Assembly: GCA_963806855.1 (NCBI GenBank) | Contig: CAWDYW010000003.1 | Location: forward strand, 160,001 to 224,000 | DNA from: an uncultured Verrucomicrobiae bacterium | GTDB taxonomy: Bacteria > Chlamydiota > Chlamydiia > Chlamydiales > Rhabdochlamydiaceae | Reading direction: 5' to 3' | DNA length: 64,000 nucleotides | Shown here: positions 59,051 to 64,000 of the stretch, piece after piece | How the letters are laid out: every line of letters starts with the position of its first letter | How positions within the stretch are numbered: position 1 is the stretch's first letter | The notes under the pieces: generated by a model | The model's database searches: none | Told to the model about the DNA's origin: nothing | Seen by the model: the letters and a program-made list of their open reading frames with translations, nothing else | Made by a program: the position numbers and the translations under genes

Positions 59051-60416
59051 TCCTTTTCGATTCAAATGGTGGGCGCTGCTGGGGGTATCGATCCTCGCTT
59101 TTACCGCCTTTCTCGATGCGACCATCGTCAATACCGCTCTCCCATTTATCCAAACTGCGCTGCACGCCAATATTTTGCAGCTGCAATGGGTGGCCAACAT
59201 CTTCACGATCATTCTGAGTATGACGATGATCGCGATCGGAAAATTTGCCGATTTTTGGGGTAAGAAGCCGATCTTTTATATAGGGATTGTTCTCTTCGCT
59301 GTCGCGGCATTTGGAGCCGGTTTCAGCGATAGTGTGCCGATGTTGGTCTTTTTCCGTGGACTGCAAGCAATCGGCGCCTCGACGATATTCATCACCTCGG
59401 CGGCGCTGCTCTCCGATGTTTTCCCTGAAGCTGAGCGGGTGCGGGCAATTAGCATCTATGGCGGAGTGACAGGGCTGGGGCTGATGATCGGTCCCTTTTT
59501 CGGAGGCATTTTGATTAGCCTGCTCGATTGGCGCTGGGTCTTTTGGATCAACCTCCCGCTCATTGCCGCCGGGCTGGTCGCCTGTTCGTTTAGCCTCAAA
59601 GGAATTACCCAAGCGAAACACAAAGTCACAATCGATTGGCTCGGTCTCGTGCTGCTGATTTTTGGTCTCGGTTCTTTGATGTACGGCATTATCGACAGCG
59701 CTCAGGAGCAGTGGAGATCGGTCTTTGCTTGGGCCTTTCTAGTTGCCGGCCTCGCCGCGCTGATAGGGTTGATCGCCCTCGACAAGATCCGGAAAAATCC
59801 TCTCCTGGATCTCCACATCTTCAAAGAGCAGCTGATCGTCCTCGCCTCCCTTGCCTGCGCTCTCGGAGGGGTCGTCTCGACAGTCTTCATGTTTTTCGAT
59901 CCGCTCTATTTACGCAACCTTCGCCATCTGTCCCCATTTTTGATTGGACTACTGATCGCGGTCATCCCTGCAGCTCAAGTGCTGGTTTCTTTCATTTTCA
60001 ATCGGCTGGTTAATAGGTTTGGAGTGGCTAATCTGCTCTTTACTTCGGTGATCGCCGCCTTCATTGCCGCTTCACTCCACCGGTTCATCGAAGTGCAAAC
60101 CCCGTATCTTTTCTTGATCCTTCCCTTTTTCCTCCTGGGAGTCAATTGGGGACTAAGCAATGCCTCGATGATCACCGCAGTCAATCAAGTGATTGCACCT
60201 AAAGAAATCGGAGCAGCGCTCGGGACGATTGCCACCATCTGGAATGTGGTCGGCTCGCTCATTTTGGCCATCAGCAGCGCCATTTTTCATGCGGTCGAGA
60301 TGAAGAGCTCCTTCTTGCCGGCCTTCCACAGCGCCATTACCTTCATCGCCCTCTTCTCAGCGGCCGTTTTATTGGTGACGATTTGGTTTAGAGTAAAGCT
60401 TGTTAAAAATAAATAA
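59040..60416 (+). CDS. MFS transporter (DHA2-like)
   Basis: LDATIVNTALP, GKFADFWG and WRWVFWINLP. Confidence 0.9.
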   Translation: MENDPFRFKWWALLGVSILAFTAFLDATIVNTALPFIQTALHANILQLQWVANIFTIILSMTMIAIGKFADFWGKKPIFYIGIVLFAVAAFGAGFSDSVPMLVFFRGLQAIGASTIFITSAALLSDVFPEAERVRAISIYGGVTGLGLMIGPFFGGILISLLDWRWVFWINLPLIAAGLVACSFSLKGITQAKHKVTIDWLGLVLLIFGLGSLMYGIIDSAQEQWRSVFAWAFLVAGLAALIGLIALDKIRKNPLLDLHIFKEQLIVLASLACALGGVVSTVFMFFDPLYLRNLRHLSPFLIGLLIAVIPAAQVLVSFIFNRLVNRFGVANLLFTSVIAAFIAASLHRFIEVQTPYLFLILPFFLLGVNWGLSNASMITAVNQVIAPKEIGAALGTIATIWNVVGSLILAISSAIFHAVEMKSSFLPAFHSAITFIALFSAAVLLVTIWFRVKLVKNK

Positions 60417-60423
60417 TTGGGAA

Positions 60424-61197
60424 TTATTTAAGACGTTCAATCGGAACAAGGTTATTCCCGTACACTTTAAAACCATTTTCAAATTGGCCACCGTAGATCT
60501 GCCCATTTGCAAATGTGTATATGCCGTCACCGTGGGGGAAAACGTTTGTGCCTGAAATTTTGAGCCCACCTTTATAAGCATCTTTATTAGGAAAGCGAAC
60601 TGTTGCATTAGCAAAAATCCCATTTTTTACTGGATGGAACTTCCCTTTAATTTCAGTGCTGTCGAGAAGAGTTATTGTCCCTTCGACTAACTTGTTGTTT
60701 TCGAATTTTCCTTCCTGACTGCCGTATCCTGGGATGTGAAGCGTTCCATTATCCCATTTGCCATTCTTCCAGCTTCCCTTAAATTGTATTCCATTATTAA
60801 AACTTGTATAATTTCCCGTTTGAATTTGGCCGTCGTTAAAGTTCCCTTCAAACACCCCATGTTTGTTACTAAATGTCCCTTCGCCATCAAATCGACCAAA
60901 TTGATTTAACTGGCCATAATATGTAGAGAAGAGGCTTTTGACGACTTGAAATGGGCGGTTGTCAACATCTGGGAGATTTCTTTTTTGGTAAGAAGTTTTC
61001 TGCATTTTCAATAAAGATTGTATGCCCTCTTCCACATCACTCGGCAGCTCTTCAGAATCTTCTGGTGAGACCTCTCTTTTCCTACTCCTAAAAATGTCAT
61101 CGGTTTTTTTATCAACAGCCTGAGTTTTAGCTTTTGGCTCGGCGCTAGGTACTACATACGGATTTTCTAATTTTGGTGTTATTGACGGTGTCGACAT
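60424..61197 (-). CDS. MORN-repeat protein with a disordered N-terminus
   Basis: Repeats of Y/F-x-G-x-F/W...G-x-G, e.g. HGDGIYTFANGQIYGGQFENG. Confidence 0.8.
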   Translation of the reverse strand: MSTPSITPKLENPYVVPSAEPKAKTQAVDKKTDDIFRSRKREVSPEDSEELPSDVEEGIQSLLKMQKTSYQKRNLPDVDNRPFQVVKSLFSTYYGQLNQFGRFDGEGTFSNKHGVFEGNFNDGQIQTGNYTSFNNGIQFKGSWKNGKWDNGTLHIPGYGSQEGKFENNKLVEGTITLLDSTEIKGKFHPVKNGIFANATVRFPNKDAYKGGLKISGTNVFPHGDGIYTFANGQIYGGQFENGFKVYGNNLVPIERLK

Positions 61198-61357
61198 ATT
61201 TAAACTCCTTTATAAATTGTTATAAACATTATATTGTATTCTGTGTTTTATATCAATTATAGTAGAAAATTTTAATTTGGCAGGCTCGGGCCATTCGTAT
61301 GAATCATTTTTAATCTAGTTTGTTTTTATTTTCAAAAAAGAGTATAATTGCTCTACT

Positions 61358-62692
61358 ATGTCAAAATATCTGCCGAAATTAGCTATTGTCGGACGGCCGA
61401 ATGTCGGAAAATCGGCCCTCTTTAACCGGTTGTGCAATGAGAGGATCAGCATTGTCGATGAGGCCGAAGGGGTTACACGCGACCGCCTCTACGCCAAGGC
61501 CGACTTTTTTGGTCGCCCCTTCGAGGTGATCGACACAGGGGGGATCAATCCTGGGTCGAACGTCTCATTCAATGAGGCGATCCGGAGGCAGGCCGAGGTA
61601 GCGATCGAAGAGGCCGATGCACTCGTTTTTGTGGTTGATGGAAAGGTAGGGTTGACCGAGCTCGATCATCAAGTAGCCGAAATTTTGCATAAGAAGGGCA
61701 AGCCGATCACGCTGGCTGTCAACAAGATCGATAATCGGGACCAGATGGAGCGGATTCATGAGTTTCATGGGCTCGGATTTCCTGAAATGGTTGGAATTTC
61801 CGCGGTGCATGGCCTTCAGGTGGCTGAGCTTTTAGAGAGTGCCTTTCGAGATGTCAATTGGGATGAAGAGATTGAAGTTGACGATGGGGCCATTAAGGTG
61901 GCGATTGTCGGCAGGCCCAATGTGGGGAAATCGACTCTGGTCAATCATCTGCTCGATGAAGAGCGTTGTATCGTCAGCCCGATTGCCGGGACAACGCGTG
62001 ATAGCATCGACGTCGATATCGAAGTGGATGGCAAGCTCTATCGACTGATCGATACGGCAGGAATTCGGCGCAAGCGAGCAGAGCATGATGTGGTCGATAA
62101 ATTTGCTGCGATCCGTACACAGAGGGCGATTGAGCGGGCCGATATTTGCATCATGGTGCTCGACGCAAGCGAAGGGATGACGACGCAGGAGAAGCGAATT
62201 GCCAGCGACATCGAGGCGCTCGGAAAAGGGTGCATTTTACTTTTCAATAAATGGGATCAGGTGAAAGGCTTCCGGATGGAGCACTGCTTGCAAGGAGTGC
62301 GCCAAGAGGTCTCGTTCCTCAGCCATTGTCCAGCATTATTTGTTTCTGCGCTGACTGGGCGCAACTTAGAAAAGATCTATACCGAGATCAATCAGGTCTA
62401 CGAGCAGGCTAATTTACGGATCCCAACGGGAGAGCTCAATCGGTTCTTAGAGAAAGCGCTTCAGGCCTACCATGCTCCAATGCTTGGCGGCAAACGGCTT
62501 CGTGTCTACTATATTGCACAAGTGGCGGTCCATCCTCCTATGTTTGTCATGTTTGTCAACAAGCCCGAGCTGATGGTCGATTCCTATCGGAAGTATTTAA
62601 TCAACGCCTTCCGCAAAACATTCCACTTCACCGGCGTGCCCCTCGTTTTCTCTCTGCGAGGAAAAGTCGATCGGCATGCAGAAGAGGAATAA
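61358..62692 (+). CDS. der: Ribosome biogenesis GTPase Der
   Basis: Two GRPNVGKS G-domains with DTGG/DTAG and NKID/NKWD. Confidence 0.97.
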   Translation: MSKYLPKLAIVGRPNVGKSALFNRLCNERISIVDEAEGVTRDRLYAKADFFGRPFEVIDTGGINPGSNVSFNEAIRRQAEVAIEEADALVFVVDGKVGLTELDHQVAEILHKKGKPITLAVNKIDNRDQMERIHEFHGLGFPEMVGISAVHGLQVAELLESAFRDVNWDEEIEVDDGAIKVAIVGRPNVGKSTLVNHLLDEERCIVSPIAGTTRDSIDVDIEVDGKLYRLIDTAGIRRKRAEHDVVDKFAAIRTQRAIERADICIMVLDASEGMTTQEKRIASDIEALGKGCILLFNKWDQVKGFRMEHCLQGVRQEVSFLSHCPALFVSALTGRNLEKIYTEINQVYEQANLRIPTGELNRFLEKALQAYHAPMLGGKRLRVYYIAQVAVHPPMFVMFVNKPELMVDSYRKYLINAFRKTFHFTGVPLVFSLRGKVDRHAEEE

Positions 62693-62714
62693 AGTTTTTA
62701 TCATCTGAGGATGG

Positions 62715-62753
62715 TATACTGCGCCCGCTTAAAACCTAAGCGGGGGCAGTATA
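62715..62753. terminator. Hairpin downstream of der
   Basis: tatactgcgcccgctta-aaacc-taagcgggggcagtata. Confidence 0.55.
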
Positions 62754-62781
62754 TAATTGACACACAAAAAAGGAGTGGTTA

Positions 62782-63462
62782 ATGCCCCATTTACTAGATA
62801 GAATTGGTTATAACGATTTCAACGTTTTAGCAAACAACGATTTGTTCACCCAACGGCTTGCTGTTAAAAGTCATGATGATGGCCATTTAGAACTCACCTC
62901 GATCTCTAATAATGAAGTGACAGCTTGGCAACTTTTTTTAAGAGCAGTTGGCCGGGGTAAGCTCGCTAAACAAGACCCCTATCTGACAAGCGTCACATCC
63001 TATCTCAATCAGTTCAATTGGTCTCAAGCAAATCCTTCTGATCCAGCCTATGTCAAGGCATGCCAATTGGCCAATAAGGCCCTCTATTCCAAAGGGGACA
63101 CAGCTCTTTTCAATAATGTCGCCAGCACAACTGTTGATAAGAAAATGGAATTTTCCGATTATTACAGTCACACGGTCACGCGGACTTTTAGGTTAAATCC
63201 TTATGTTCAAGTCAGACACATCCAGGCTTTGGTAAAGCAACAGTATCCATGGAGCTCCAGGGCGATCAATACGATGCAGATCAAAGATGAGCACGGTCGA
63301 GAGATGGACTCGAATGAGTTTGTAACACCTGAAATCCTCGAGAAAATGCACATCAGAATTAATCATCATTACTTTGGGCCGCGCGTCATTCTCGTGCGCC
63401 CGTCCCAGGAGCAGGCTACAACGAGCACGCAAACTGGCTACGCCACAACCAAAAGACGCTAA
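62782..63462 (+). CDS. Hypothetical protein
   Basis: AGGAG RBS and a 226-aa ORF. No confident family. Confidence 0.7.
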   Translation: MPHLLDRIGYNDFNVLANNDLFTQRLAVKSHDDGHLELTSISNNEVTAWQLFLRAVGRGKLAKQDPYLTSVTSYLNQFNWSQANPSDPAYVKACQLANKALYSKGDTALFNNVASTTVDKKMEFSDYYSHTVTRTFRLNPYVQVRHIQALVKQQYPWSSRAINTMQIKDEHGREMDSNEFVTPEILEKMHIRINHHYFGPRVILVRPSQEQATTSTQTGYATTKRR

Positions 63463-63530
63463 CGCCCGCTCAGCTTCCATTTACTTAATGTCTAGAATTT
63501 TGTACCATAAGGTCCGTAGGGACTAAGATT

Positions 63531-63866
63531 ATGGTCATTAGCGCAACACCCATTCCAGTTAAACGAGCTTTGATGAAACTTGGCAGGGATTTAAACCATG
63601 CCAGGAGAAAGAGGCGTATTCCAATGAGGCTCGCCGCAGAGAGAGCTGGGATTAGCCGAGCCACGCTAAGCAAAATTGAGAAAGGGGACGAGGGGGTATC
63701 CTTGGGCGCATATGCTAAGATGCTATTCATTTTGGGAATGATTCAGCGATTGGTCGAATTGGTGGATCCAAAGTTCGATGAATTTGGGTTGCTTTTAGAT
63801 TTAGAGAGTTTGCCTAAGCGGATTCGGATCCCTCGAAAGGAAAAAGGGGCTCTGACAAAAAAATAA
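63531..63866 (+). CDS. XRE-family HTH protein (HipB-like antitoxin)
   Basis: ARRKRRI...LAERAGISRATLSKIEKG...LG...LPKRIR. Confidence 0.85.
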   Translation: MVISATPIPVKRALMKLGRDLNHARRKRRIPMRLAAERAGISRATLSKIEKGDEGVSLGAYAKMLFILGMIQRLVELVDPKFDEFGLLLDLESLPKRIRIPRKEKGALTKK

Positions 63867-63930
63867 GAGATCGATCGGGTGGCCGCTGCCTTCCGAGCAC
63901 GATGATTTTCAAAAAACGATATGTTCTCTA
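63867..63930 (+). pseudogene. Possible C-terminal scrap of a HipA-like toxin
   Basis: EIDRVAAAF, then after a 1-nt shift EHDDFQK, directly after the HTH stop. Confidence 0.45.
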
Positions 63931-64000
63931 TAGTGCAGTTGCAAAACTCAGGTGAATATTCATTCGATGTTCCACTTTTTTGACATCGATTTCCTCAAGC

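Overview
Bacterial chromosomal window that looks like an environmental member of the Chlamydiota. Evidence: a CT398/CdsZ-like zinc-ribbon gene next to rnpB, a long chlamydial-type GlyA, a SWIM-SNF2 helicase, a NUE-like SET protein, and the dnaJ-rpsU-tsaB-lon-...-rnz-...-xerC order. The taxonomic call comes from recalled family knowledge, not from a search. Core genes (beta-oxidation operon, dnaJ, rpsU, tsaB, lon, rnz, xerC, rnpB, glyA, clpP, der) are interleaved with accessory DNA. The main accessory block (about 24.4-47.3 kb, between rnz and xerC) is rich in nucleotide/phosphate enzymes, three of them with signal peptides, and holds an intact-looking IS200/IS605 element (tnpA+tnpB). Non-coding structure not shown in the ORF track: (i) three gene cassettes bounded by direct repeats, two of which duplicate the 3' end of the upstream gene in att-like fashion with no integrase; (ii) four complete 168-171 bp palindromic elements from three sequence families, plus a possible fifth cut by the window end; (iii) hairpins built from 6-mer and 8-mer tandem repeats; (iv) two toxin-antitoxin modules with a dead toxin and an intact antitoxin; (v) a Maf gene remnant. 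Frameshifts cluster at about 43-49.5 kb and hit conserved genes, so they may be sequencing or assembly errors. No CRISPR array, rRNA or tRNA was seen.
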